64,000 nucleotides of DNA from Rhizodiscina lignyota (Eukaryota): the NCBI GenBank assembly GCA_010015805.1, contig ML978122.1:310001-374000 (forward strand), given 5' to 3'. The position numbers were made by a program, and so were the translations under genes. The notes under the pieces are model-generated. The model was not told where the DNA came from. It made no database searches and worked only from the letters and a program-made list of their open reading frames with translations. Shown here in pieces: positions 11,461 to 23,202 of this stretch; position 1 is the stretch's first letter; every line of letters starts with the position of its first letter.

Positions 11461-13158
11461 TTAGGCCGGAGTACAAGCAAGCTCGCCGATTGCCTTCAGC
11501 GCAGATTCGATCCATGTACCATGACTCATGATAGTAGTAGTGTCGTTGCTGAATGAATTCCCCGTCGTATTGTCAGTTGCGCTCCGAGCAATGATCAAAT
11601 TCTTGTCCGGGTTGTTCGTGCAGACGCCGTAAAACACGCCATTGTAGGCGACTTTCAGCTCCTTCGGCTTCGGGTAATGTGGCCGAAGAGCCATCCCATC
11701 CATTATTTCGACTTCATCTGTCCGTTGGTATGCATGCTCTTTGAGGAGCTCTTTCATCTTCATCGCGTGCTCGAGAGGGCTCCATGAGGGATCCCACACG
11801 TCGGGCTTGTCGGCGGCAACGGTCAGCCAAGTTGCAATCATTCCACCCTGTCTTGATTGTAATTGCGAGTCCACATGGGGTTTGAATTGATAACCAGAAC
11901 TTACGACAACCGCAGTAGCTGGACTCGTTGCAGCTCCGTACTTCTGCGACTTGGGACCACTGAGAGCCCAGGGATTGTTCGATGCTCCCCACACTTTACG
12001 GGATAGGGCATACACAGTTATGGTGCCCGATTTTGCTCCATCTCTGGTTGGAGTAGTGATTGGGTTGAGATATCCCTCGATGCTCACGCCTCCCACAATG
12101 ACGATCGGATTCTTGTCTGTTTCGAGAGTCTGCGGGAACCAATTGTCGACAAAGTCTTCCTGTTCTTGGTTTCCAGAATTGCCGGCAGATAGCACGATGA
12201 TGACTCCTTCATTTGCCAGTTCATCGAACAAGACCTTCAGCTTTTGTTGCAGCTCGTCAGGGTCGCATTCGCTCTTTTCAAAGCCTGTTCTACGGTGAGC
12301 CGCCGTAAGAATATCTCAAGATTGGAAAACATACTACTGGTGAGGACTACAACGCTTCGTTTCCTGTAGACATCCGGTTTTGCTTGCACGACGTCGCGAA
12401 TATGAGCGAATGCAGCCTCGAAGCCATTCAAACTGTTGTAGGTCATGATCTTGGGGTTCTTGTTCCCCTCTTTGCCAAAATCTGGGTTTTTGACGTCGCC
12501 CATCATTTTGATCAGATAGAGTTTCGCTCCGCTTGCAGACCCATGGATTGTTCCTGCAGCAACACTAGCCATGAGAGTTCCATGTCCACTTGCGTAAGTT
12601 CCTTCTGATGTCTCCTTGAGTTTGCCAAAGTTGTCATGAATAGACTTGGGCTCCCAGAGCTCCTTGTCATGAACATCTTTGAGGGTGATTTCATTTGGGA
12701 CAATATACTGCTGTGGAGGGCCTCCTGGCCTAGCTGTGTAGTCCTAGAGGCGTATTAGCTAAAGGAAGAAGCAATCGCTCGTTAAAGCTCACCTCATTAT
12801 CGACATTGAAGCCTGCGTCAATGACGAAGATTGTAGTACCCTCCCCATTTGACTTCGGAAAGACGTAACCCGGTTCAAGAGGTTTGCCGCTAGGCTGACA
12901 GAGAAGCTGGAGATGCTGTGGAGCAACTGGTCTCTCTGAAAGGTCGACATAGTGGGGATGCGGATTATCAACAGGAGCGCGCTTGGACTTAGAGCTGGTC
13001 TCGGACTCCGCAGTGGAGCTTGAATAGATTGTGGAGAATGTGGAGGGCGCAGAGGAGGGTGCGGAACTCGTCAATCTTTCCTCAAGTGTAGCTTGAGAGA
13101 CCGCTTGACTCGCAATTAGGAGGATAAAGGCAAGCAAAGTCAACAAGTAGCGAAGCAT
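11461..13158 (-). CDS. Secreted subtilisin-like serine protease (S8), divergent
   Basis: Signal peptide MLRYLLTLLAFILLIASQAVS; GEGTTIFVIDAG (Asp), GHGTLMASVAAG (His), SAGNSG (oxyanion Asn), ATSPATAVVGG (Ser); three canonical introns. Confidence 0.8.
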
Positions 13159-14805
13159 CTTCGATGGCAGCTGAAGCAAAAGTGGAGATGGCGTGATGGA
13201 AGAAGATGGACAAAGAGGGCCAAAGAATAATCAATGTGTTATTCGCCCTCAAGAGAACCCGCGGAATCGACAATGTTAGTCGACGTAAGGTAAGGTACCT
13301 ACACTAGTTCACGGTCCGTGGAAGAGTTCGAATTGCTCTACTAATGCGTCAAAATCGTCATTGACACGGTCCTAAGAGGTGATGATGTAGACCGCAACCA
13401 TTCCACCATCAAATTGGTATCCGCGGAAGAGAGAGTAGTTTTTCTCAATCGGACCAGAATCATCATTACCGGAAATTTAGGAGAAGTGTCCCGCAAAGCT
13501 GTCCGCGGTGTATTCCGTATAGTGATATCCAACGATGAAGTACGAATGGACGAGTTACCTGCGGTCGACCGTCAATGTGACCAAGTATTCGTCCTGCTCG
13601 AACGGGACCCTGCCCACGGACTGACCTGAGGTGTGTCGCCAATTTGAACTTTGGCATGGAGAATGCCATAGGACGTGATTACAATCCTAAAGTATTCTGG
13701 ATTATTAACTTCATGAACCTGAGAAAAGCACTTCATGTGGAGTGGCCGGCAAGAGTTGGAAGCTTTTTGGCATTTTTTGGACTACAAAGATGCGATACGA
13801 GGATAAGTAATAGGGAAAGGGAGGAGGATGAGAGTTTATTGGAGTTATTCGCAGAATTAGAAGCTACTACGAATTCAATATTCTCCAAACCCGTAGACAT
13901 ATGTGGCCATGGGAAACACCCTCAGTACAATATAGCTGCTCGAGACTAATGACCACCACTATCCTCGATTGGGTAAGAACCTCCGGACTCCGCATTATCT
14001 CTTGAAGACGAAACGCGACTGGTACTAGCCTTTCGTACAGACTCCTCACTCTGGCGCTTTGCTTGTGGTGCTCACTAGGCACTGATTACTGTTAATGGCT
14101 ACTTAGGTGCTGATGTCCGCTCTGAGCTTGAAAAACAGAAAGATGAGGTCGATGTGTGGGAGCAAGAGAGCCTGTGTTCAGACAGACAGTAAAGGAATGA
14201 CTAGGTACAGATTTACGATACGTAGCAAGCACCAGTCCATCGTCACCAGGGAAAAGGTGAAGTGGAGTCATACTTTGCTAATGTAACTTATTGGATGCCT
14301 ATCACGTAGGACAAAATCCGTATGAAAAGAATGCACCAGTGAAGAGATTACCCCTGGGCACCTTCTTGTACGCCACTTACGTGCGTTGAGGACATTGAGC
14401 AGTCCTGATCCTTGCTAGGGGCTATCGTACTCTTGAGTACCGGCCTCTTCGCGTTGCTACAAACCTTCAGTTCTCCCTCTTTGAATCAACCAAGACTCAA
14501 TGCATTCTACAAATGCCTGAATATGCATTGCAGCAGACGGCAATATTCGGTCAAATAACGGCTCTCTAATATGTAATACTCAGGTTAGAATGTTGGTGAA
14601 GTTGAGCCACCCCCGCAAAATACACCCACATCTCCGAGGTTCGCGCTAGCATTGCTGAATTCCAATCATTGCACCAGTAACATACGTTTGGGTTCCTGGC
14701 CCGGAACTCTTCGGTGTGGATATAGAAGTAGCGGTGATTACGTCTTTGATTTCGATCTTCTAACTTTCTTTCTCTGTCGGGATTTCATCACTAATTAATT
14801 GTGCA

Positions 14806-16663
14806 ATGCCTTGGTTGAGCCAGAACTACCTTCCTCTTCCTCATGAGGACTTACTCTCATGGGTTTTCGATCACACGACTTATGATCTCGATAAACCAGT
14901 AAGGAGCATGGCGGTTCTTCATTTCATGTCTTGAATTCTGATCTCGCCCGTATCAGATCTATATAGATGCCGAGAATACGTCCCGTACATTATCATGCCG
15001 ACAAGGAAAGAGCATTGTGCGCAAGCTCATCGCGGGTTTTCGAAAGGCAGGATTGAAGAAGGGAGATTGTGTGTGCATTACATCTTTCAATGATGTATGG
15101 CATCACGCCATCCAAGGTTGTCAACAGCTGATGACGATCCGGTAGATCATGTACTCGATGGGCTTCCTTGGTATTATCGGCGCAGGTGGCATCTTCTCTG
15201 GGTTCAACCCTGCCTATAAGCCTTTCGAAGTCCGTCATCACATCCGCACTGCCGATGTTTCAATGTTCATTGTCGAGCCAGAGTTACTTGCCAATGTTGT
15301 GGACACTGCGACTGCGGAAGGTATACCGAAGGATAAGATCTTCGTGTTCAACACGCGCGGACAAAAGGTTCCTGAAGGCTTTCGGTCATGGGAATGGCTT
15401 CTACAGCACGGTGAAGAGGATTGGATCCGGTTCAACGACTTGGAGACGTGCAAGGGTACCACGGTGGCCAGACTGACAACGAGCGGGACGACCGGACCTC
15501 CCAAGATGGCGATGCAGAGTGTGTACAATGCGACGAGCTTCCATACGATGATGTATGATGTACACCCAGTGCCTTGGGAGCCCCGATATCTCTACCCTCT
15601 ACCCCAGTTCCACGTTTCGACGGTACCTGGCGTCCACGCCTCGCCGTTCCGCTCCGGACATGTCGCGTACATTATGCGCAGATTCGAGCTTGAGGCGTAC
15701 CTTGCTGCCATCAAGCGCTTCCAGATTAATTATCTGGGCATGGTCCCTCCCCTCGTTATGGCTATTATAAATTCACCCCTGCGACACAAGTACTCCCTCA
15801 AGTCCATACGGAGGGTTGGCTGCGGTGCAGCTCCACTGGACAAAGGCTCTCAACTGCAATTCAAAGCATTATGCGCGCCGGGATGCACATTTACGCAGGT
15901 GTGGGGAATGACAGAGACAACCAGCGCGCTTTCCATGTTCTATTATCCCGAAGACGACGACACAGGTAGTGTCGGTAGTCAGTTTATGGCGAACACCGAC
16001 GTAATGTGAGTATGGACCGGGCCCCTCTTGCGTGTTTGGATTCTTTTGACCAACAATGAAAGGCTTCTCGATGAAAATGGAAACGACATCACGGACTTTG
16101 ACGTTCGCGGCGAGCTTTGCGTGAGAGGCCCGACCGTGATTAATGGATATTATAACAACCCAAAAGCGAACGCAGAGTCTTTCATCGGAGATGGATGGTT
16201 CAAGACCGGCGACATACTCTATTGTGACGGGAAGAGTAAGCTGTGGTATATCGTTGACAGGAAGAAGGGAAGTTCGAAGAATCACGAAAGGAAACCCTGG
16301 GGAAATGGCTGACGAAGCTGACAGGAATTGATAAAAGTACGAGGCTTCCAAGTAGCACCTCCCGAGCTTGAAGAGGTCATTCTGGCACATCCGGATGTTG
16401 CAGACTGCGCTGTGATTGGCATCAAGATGTCCAAGCTCTCACAGGATGAATCACCGCGGGCATACGTTGTACGGCAGCCAGGAGCGAAGATTACAGCAGA
16501 AGATATAAAGAAAGTCATATCAGACACGCTTGCTAGCTACAAGGCATTGACCGGAGGAGTAGTCTTCATCGATGAAATACCCAAAAGCCCTTCGGGAAAG
16601 ATGCTGAAGAGAGTACTCAGAGAACAAGCCGAAATAGAGCTCCAGACATTAGCAAAGCTGTAG
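14806..16663 (+). CDS. 4-coumarate-CoA-ligase-like acyl/aryl-CoA synthetase (ANL family), peroxisomal
   Basis: TSGTTGPPK P-loop, QVWGMTET, GELCVRGP, WFKTGD, DRKK|ELIKVRGFQVAPPELE, PKSPSGK; C-terminal AKL (PTS1). Four introns; the last (16268-16324) starts GGAAGT. Confidence 0.92.
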
Positions 16664-16708
16664 TAACAATCTGGGATTCCTAAAGAGAGAGAGAGAGATA
16701 GAGTCATT

Positions 16709-18695
16709 CTAAACTTGTCGAACATCCTTACTGTCGTCGTCATCCTTGGGTCGGACTTGGTGGTGCGTTGAAGAAGGCGGAGAGACAATGCTGGTGTCGG
16801 ATTCGTGCCTCTTCCCTCCATAGAGGACGTCATTTTCAATGTCGTCTAGAGTCTTGCCTTTGGTTTCGGGGATCAACAGCGTGATGGCCGCAGCCAGGGC
16901 CATGATACCTGAGAATAAACCAAGTGTGCCCGCAAGACCTATGCCATCTACGACTGCGCCGAAGGCGAACGCTGTTAAAACAGCGCCACATTTACCCGAG
17001 GCTGCTGCGATGCCGTGTGCAGTGGCGCGGACGCGTGTGGGAAAGAGCTCAACCTACGAGGATGGAAAACAAGTCAGCAGATTTGGCGATGCTGCACTAC
17101 AGAACACGAGGAATAGAACCAAGAAATAGAGGAACAGTGCACGCACCGGGAGGAGGAATGTAGTGACATTCGGGCCGGAATTTAAAACCAATTGCGAAAT
17201 TGTGAAGATGGTCATGAGGCCCCCTGTCGAAGTGTGATTGGTTATCCCCGCCCATATCGCGTACAGTACGGCGACCCCGAGACTTGCTCCGAACTGCAGT
17301 CGAACACGACCAATGCGATCGGGCAGAAAGATCCCAATATAGTAACCTGGAAGGTATCCCTGGAAGCACTGGTTAGCATGACGATGTCAGACCGAGGGGT
17401 CAGCTAGTCCTCACAGCTGCTTGGACTATGATGTTGCCAACAGCAGTGTTCTTCAAAGTCTCGTACGGAGTTGCTCCTTTTCCGTAGCCAATCTTTCCAA
17501 GAATGATCGTTTGGTTCAAGTTGATGCCGTAGAACGCGATGTCACTGTCAATCTACTCAGTACCCCACGGGCCTCATGTGCCAAGTGTTTGCTTACAAAA
17601 GAAACCATACTGCGGAGATTGCAAATAGCGTCAATCCATGCTTCCACTGCCGAAAGTATTGGTTAAAATCAGCAAATTGCTGTTTTAACCCACGCTGATC
17701 CTTAGCGGTTAAGCTAGTCTGCTTTGCAACGTCTGGACTAACGATAAGCTGATCTGCTCCAAGGAGGTATTTGAGGGTGTTCACATTTCTCATATGGCTT
17801 GGTCTCGGTCATCGTCAAACGCGCATAGAGCGTAAACGCGGCCGGGATGATGCCAATTCCTAGTAGAAGTCTCCAAACCCACTCGAGATGATTGATATTC
17901 TGTTCGATAGAGCTCTTAAACGCAGCAAGAAGGATGAGGTATACGATGCTCGAGGTTATTGCGCCGAGTCCGATAGAAGCAAATACCGACAAGACAAGAA
18001 CGGCCCGAGTGCCAAGGGGAGTCTTTTCGGCCGATAGAGAGGAGGACATCGGGTAATCTGGCAGGAGTCAGTGCCAATCAACTCTTGGTGTCTCTGCAAT
18101 AACAGACCTGCGCCGATCCCAAACCCAGTGACGACTCGGAATATGGTCATCCAGGCAACAATGCCATCCTTCGAAAGGGTCCTCCAGGGAAGAAGGATGG
18201 TCATCAAAGTACCAAACATGGTAATTATGAGTTCGATCCCGTATATGCGGTGTCGACCGAGCGCATCTCCAAGTATGCCAAAAGAAATCTGGCCGGCAAT
18301 CATGCCTAGAGAGAGGCCCCCTTTGATTTCGTCGCCCTGCATAACGCCCACAGTATTCTTTTCATCTTTCCAGTAAATGTAGCCGAGCATTTGGACAACT
18401 GCAAGGATTAGAAGCTGATGCTGAAAATTTCACACGGTCAAGTGCTCCCACCAAGTCCAATAGCCAAATTCAAGTAGCCATCAGAGAAGAGGCCCACTCC
18501 TGCTATCAGGAGAAATTTTATCCTGGAGAAAAGTGACACTTCCGACATATCGAGAGAATATATCGAACTGTTATCAGCCTGCGGAGAATCGGCACTGTCT
18601 TGCTCTCGTTGCTCATTTTCTGGGACTTGCTGGTATCTGATATAGGAGTTCAAACTCAGATTTCTGAAGATACTAGCCGGGGAGAAGTGCTGCAT
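16709..18695 (-). CDS. MFS phosphate:H+ symporter (Pho84/PHS) family transporter; candidate phosphonate importer
   Basis: AGVGLFSDGY, GDALGR, GIGA|DYPMSSSLSAE, WRLLLGIG, WFLF|DIAFYG, GPNVTTFLLP|VELFPTRVRATAHGIAAASGKCGA, IPETKGKTL; six canonical introns. Confidence 0.9.
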
Positions 18696-18801
18696 GCTTC
18701 CATATTGAGAGACCTCAAACTGGCGCACGGTGTTGAAGTCTATCAGCACCGAGCCATCATCAGGCTGAGCCATCGGCATGGGCCACGTCGAATCGTGAGA
18801 G

Positions 18802-18854
18802 CACGTGGGCCCCGTTCGCATCCCACGTTATCCCCACGTGTGGCTTGACACGTG
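18802..18854. promoter_or_regulatory. Cluster of E-box/PHO-box sites (Pho4/NUC-1/PalcA type)
   Basis: CACGTG at 18802, 18835 and 18849 plus CACGTT at 18824, in the divergent promoter of the PHS transporter and the Zn2Cys6 gene. Confidence 0.7.
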
Positions 18855-19058
18855 CTGAGTGGAGGAGCGGTGCGCCAAGACTACGGCGAGAAGCCCGGTG
18901 GGCGGGGGTAGCTGGATATATCTTTCTGTTCGACTCGGCGCTCGTCCGACCTCAGCTTGCCATACCGGCAGTACGTCCGCATCCTAAGGCTCGTCAGCGT
19001 CTGTGCTAAGACTCTAAAGTGAAAGAATTGGGTACGGTGCGACAGTTATCGTCCAATC

Positions 19059-21198
19059 ATGGCAGATGAAAGCCCCCTTGAGCAGATGGACACCAGTCCG
19101 TTGCCCACACCAGCCGGAGCGGACGCGCTGCGAGAGTCTTTCGGAGACCGCAAGCCCCCCGACATTACGCGCAAGATTACGGCCTGTGTTGCGTGTCGCA
19201 AGCAAAAGGTTGAAGTTCCAGAAGAGAATGAAGGGCAGAGGTTGACTGTATTAGATCAAATGTGACATGCGCGACTCGCGGCCGCCTTGCACGCGCTGTA
19301 AGAGGCGTGGCCTTTCGTGTACTGTCAACCGGAGTTTGCAAATGTTGTTGGAGGACGATGCAACGTACGTCCCGTCTTTTATAAGATCGAAAACCTTAGT
19401 ATCACGTGCAGCCGTTGACAACTGCCAGCTGGAAAGCGACGCTCGCGAAAAAGGTCCAAAGCCTCGAGGCAGCTGTAGCAGAACTACGACAGAATCAACA
19501 GTCATCTTTGCTTCCAGGTCCAGCTCGTGCAGAGCCGTCCACTAGGTATCGCAGTGACGAGCAGCGTTCTTCAGAAGCCAGCTCTAGTGCTGCGCCGGGA
19601 GACGCACCCGGTCACTGGGACGTAGTAATGGACGAAGGTGGACCAGCTACTATTCCAGCCGCGTCTGTCCGTCAAGTTGGTACTTCAATTTCTCCTACGG
19701 GTCCCGTTGGCCAGCAGGGAGCATCAGATCTGATCGTAAGAGGCATCGTGACATTGGAACAAGCCCAGGAATTGTTCGATGTCTATGCGAACCGTCTTGA
19801 TCATTTCCTCTATGACATACTTGGAGAACACAAGAACTTTACCAAGGTCAGGACAGATTCTCCCTTACTCCTTGCCGCCGCTTGTACTGTTGGCGCTCTG
19901 CATTCGGTTCGTTTAGGGCACGTCTACGATCGGTGCTTCCAAAAGTTTCTATCGCTTTGCGCAGCCCAAACTATTGCGAAGGACACCAGTCTTGCAGATA
20001 TCAAAGGTTTATGTATAGGCGCATTCTGGTTAAGCGAAGTCTCTTGGAACCTCGTTGGCATAGGTGAGTATCAACATTCTACTGGTCCTCGATTTGCCCC
20101 ATACTGACTCCATCCGTAGCTGTAAGAGCAGCAACCCAACTCCAACTTCACCGGAGCATAAAACTCGCGCTACGAGGTAACAAACGAGCCTACTACGAGA
20201 CACGGTTGTACTATCTTGTGTATACTTGCGACCATCACTTCTCACTCGCCTACGGACGCCCCCCAATGACCCGCGAGGATGAATCAATACAATCTGCACA
20301 ACGTTTTCTTGCGACAGAGAACGCGACTGAGGATGACCACAGGCTTGTCAGTCAAGTCCTCATTTGGAACATTTCAAGTGCAGCATTTGAGACGTTTGGA
20401 GTCGACGTTGACGCTCCAGTGCCTTTGGAGCTGCTTCCGAAGTTGCGGCGGTTCATGATCGCTCTGGACACCTGGCGTGCCGACTGGAATGAGAGGTTTA
20501 GTCATAATCGGCACGTACAGAATTATCCGCGCAAAGGAGTCGGCCTGCATTTCAACTTCGCAAAGCTCTATCTCTGCTCTCACGCATTTCGTGGAATGAC
20601 GCCTCATGGTAACCCTCATCAACCAGTTGTGTCAGGACATGAGTTGCAACCAGATATGGAGGAGATTGCGAATGCTGCCGTCCTCTCTGCGAAATCGATC
20701 TTGCGAGCCATTGTGAATGATCCTGAGATGCAGTTGCATCTCAATGGAGTTCCTTTGTATTTCGATACGATGATTGCTTTCGCTGTCGTATTTCTGCTCA
20801 AGGTAGCAACAAAGTTTTCGAGTGACATTCGAACAAGCGGCTCCGAAATTTTAACATTGGTCAAGGATATGAGTCTTGTTCTCAGGCAGATCACAACACA
20901 GATGCATCGCCAACATCTTCTGCGATTCATATCTGAAGGAATTGAGAAGCTACTTGGCAAGGTCGAAGAAGCTTCGCACCAGCATCCTGCGAGAACACAG
21001 CCTTACCCAGCTGCTGACCCCTCGGTGCAGCGCAACGGCCAGCCACCTGCCCAGCCTTACTACATGGACAATATGGACTTTAACTGGCTCGAAAACATTT
21101 CCAATTTCGACTTTTTGTCCACACAGAATACGTTCACTGCACTGGATTCCTGGCCCTTCGGAGGGATAACTCTGGATAGCACATCTCATGTAACATAA
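19059..21198 (+). CDS. Zn(II)2Cys6 transcription factor of the phosphonate cluster
   Basis: RKITACVACRKQK|IKCDMRDSRPPCTRCKRRGLSC; fungal TF middle region (YYLVYTCDHHFSLAYGRPP); three canonical introns. Confidence 0.92.
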
Positions 21199-21307
21199 TA
21201 TGCAACCAGCGAACCGCCCACGCATCTAGAGTGGATTGAATTCAACTAGAAGTACATTGAGGCCCGGAATTCTCCTTGGTTCAATTTTGAGGCTACATCA
21301 TTTCCAT

Positions 21308-23202
21308 TCAATAGTTCAGGACGATGTCAAATGCATCAAAGTTTCGCCACCTTCTCTTCGAATCGACAGATCGAAGCGGCTCAGAACGGATCAGTGGAAC
21401 ATGCAGCTCGGACAGGCCACCGTGTGACCTGAGACTATGACCTTCCAAATTAGAAAGGTCATGTTCTGCGGCGCTTGCTCCGATGACTGCGTTCTTTTTC
21501 GTGACAATCACGAAGTCGCCTTCTCGATCCTCCGGCATGGCAAACCGCTTTGCGGCGTCTGGTCCGGACAACACGAGCTCTACCTGCGGAAATTGTCCAC
21601 AAGTCTCGATCATCTTGTCGATGCTCTGCTCGTGACCTTTCTCCACATACACGCGAACAAAGGAGCCCAGACCAGCGTGGTGCCTCGCAAATGGATCTGT
21701 GATTGGGCATATCACTCTGCAGCAGCCCTTGCCAAAGCGGGATTCGAGTTCATCCTCCAAGAAGAGGACATTCGGCTTTCCATCCGATAGCGATTTGCTA
21801 CTCATGCCGTGATCACCGGTAATCGCCACCACCGCTCCAAGCCGTACGAGCTCTCCAACTCGTTTGTCAATGGCAGCATACAACTCATCAGATTCTTTCT
21901 CGCCCGGCGCATGCTTGTGTTGGATGTAGTCAGAAAGGGTCAAATAGAACAAGTCTGCGCGATTGTCCTTCAGCAGCTGCACGCCAGCATCGAGCACATA
22001 GATCGACAGCTCTCCGGAGTGTCGGTCTGGCTGCTCGCGCCCAACAAGTTTCTCAACGTTGTCGATTCCATTCTCCGCTTTGCTGCAGGACGCTGCAAAT
22101 TCAGAGGAGAAGCAAATCGAGGTGTTCAGGTCCAGCCCGTGCTCCAAAATTTTTGCCAGCTTGTTCTTGGCTGTGACTGCAGCTACTCGGACCCCACGCT
22201 TGGACATCTGCTCGAGGATGGTCGAACCCCGCAGCAAACGGTCATCCTGGATCATGATCTCTTCGTGAGTCTCGCGATCGAGGAAGTAGTTACCGTTTAT
22301 TCCATGCACTGCCGGCTCCGCCCCCGTAATGATCGAGACGTTGTTCGTATTCGTGAATGTAGGCATTGCCACTTCGGCTGTGACATGGAAGCCCTTTTCG
22401 ACGAAGGATGCGAGGTTCGGCATTACACCATCTTTGATGGCTTGTTGGAGGTACTCGGGGTCGAAGCCATCTACGCAGACGACGACAGACGGGCGTGTGG
22501 GGAGATTGTATGTACGCCCGTGCAATTGGAATTGAGAGCGCGAATCTACAAATTCACTGTTAAGACTCATCCATGAAGGTGTAGACACAGACACTAACTC
22601 ATGAGACACTTGGTCGCGATCGGTTCGTAGCTCTTCAAGTCTGGAGTTTTTGCCCCAGCCTCTTTGGCTTGGTCATCCCATCTGCGAACTGCGAGCTTCT
22701 CCTGCAACCATGGATCCTTTTGAGCTTCTTTCACCTGCTCTGGAGTGAAAGTCCCACCCTGATATTTCAAGGTTGTCTTGCTTGATTGCGACAGTCCGTC
22801 ATGATAGCCTTTGTCCACGGCTGTCAAATATCTCTTTGCCATCACATGTGAGCCAACCAATTGGCACACCTTCTCACTAAAGCCCAGTTGCCTCAGATAA
22901 TTTTCACCAAGGATTTCGTGGCTTGCCGTTCCAACATACGTCCCATCCGGCGCGATCATCGCGGGCATTTCAGATGCTGCAGGAATGAACCTTCCCACAT
23001 CGTGAAGAAGTGCGCCGAGCACCGTTTCATCGTCCGCACCGGCTTGTTGTGCGAGATACGCGGTTTGGAGGGAGTGCTCGAGCTGCGAGACGGCCTCGCC
23101 AATGTAATCACCCTGCCCTTGGGCGTCGATAAAAGAAAACAGCGAAGATATAGTATCACGTGCACGCGCATGTACGGAGGGTAGCACTGCTGCTTCGGCC
23201 AT
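21308..23202 (-). CDS. phnZ-phnA: PhnZ (HD-domain diiron oxygenase)-PhnA (phosphonoacetate hydrolase) fusion, 613 aa; exons 23202-22599 and 22545-21308
   Basis: N-domain DYIGEAVSQLEHSLQ, LLHDVG, HE, SHVMAKRYL, LSQSSKTTLKYQGG, RRWDDQAK (PhnZ). C-domain VCVDG, PTFTNTNNVSIITG, HGINGN, YLTLSDYIQHKHAPG, DHGM, PITDP..HH, LRSHGG, RNFDAF (PhnA). Canonical intron GTTAGT...CTTAAC...TGTAG (22598-22546) joins them in frame (CLM-N-SRSQF). Confidence 0.88.

Noticed and set aside
13340..14080. Protein-like fragments on the minus strand (e.g. YFIVGYHYTEYTADSFAGHFS*ISG...) and short ORFs
   Set aside because: Interrupted by stops and no family recognised; possibly a decayed gene but unsupported.
16684..16698. 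(GA)n microsatellite in the 45-bp gap between convergent stop codons
   Set aside because: Short simple repeat; tight convergent spacing is common in compact fungal genomes.
21308..22609. Treating the 433-aa ORF and the 22594-23265 ORF as two separate overlapping genes
   Set aside because: The 22609 start is a GTG with no room for a promoter, and a canonical in-frame intron explains the overlap. Kept only as the intron-retention alternative.
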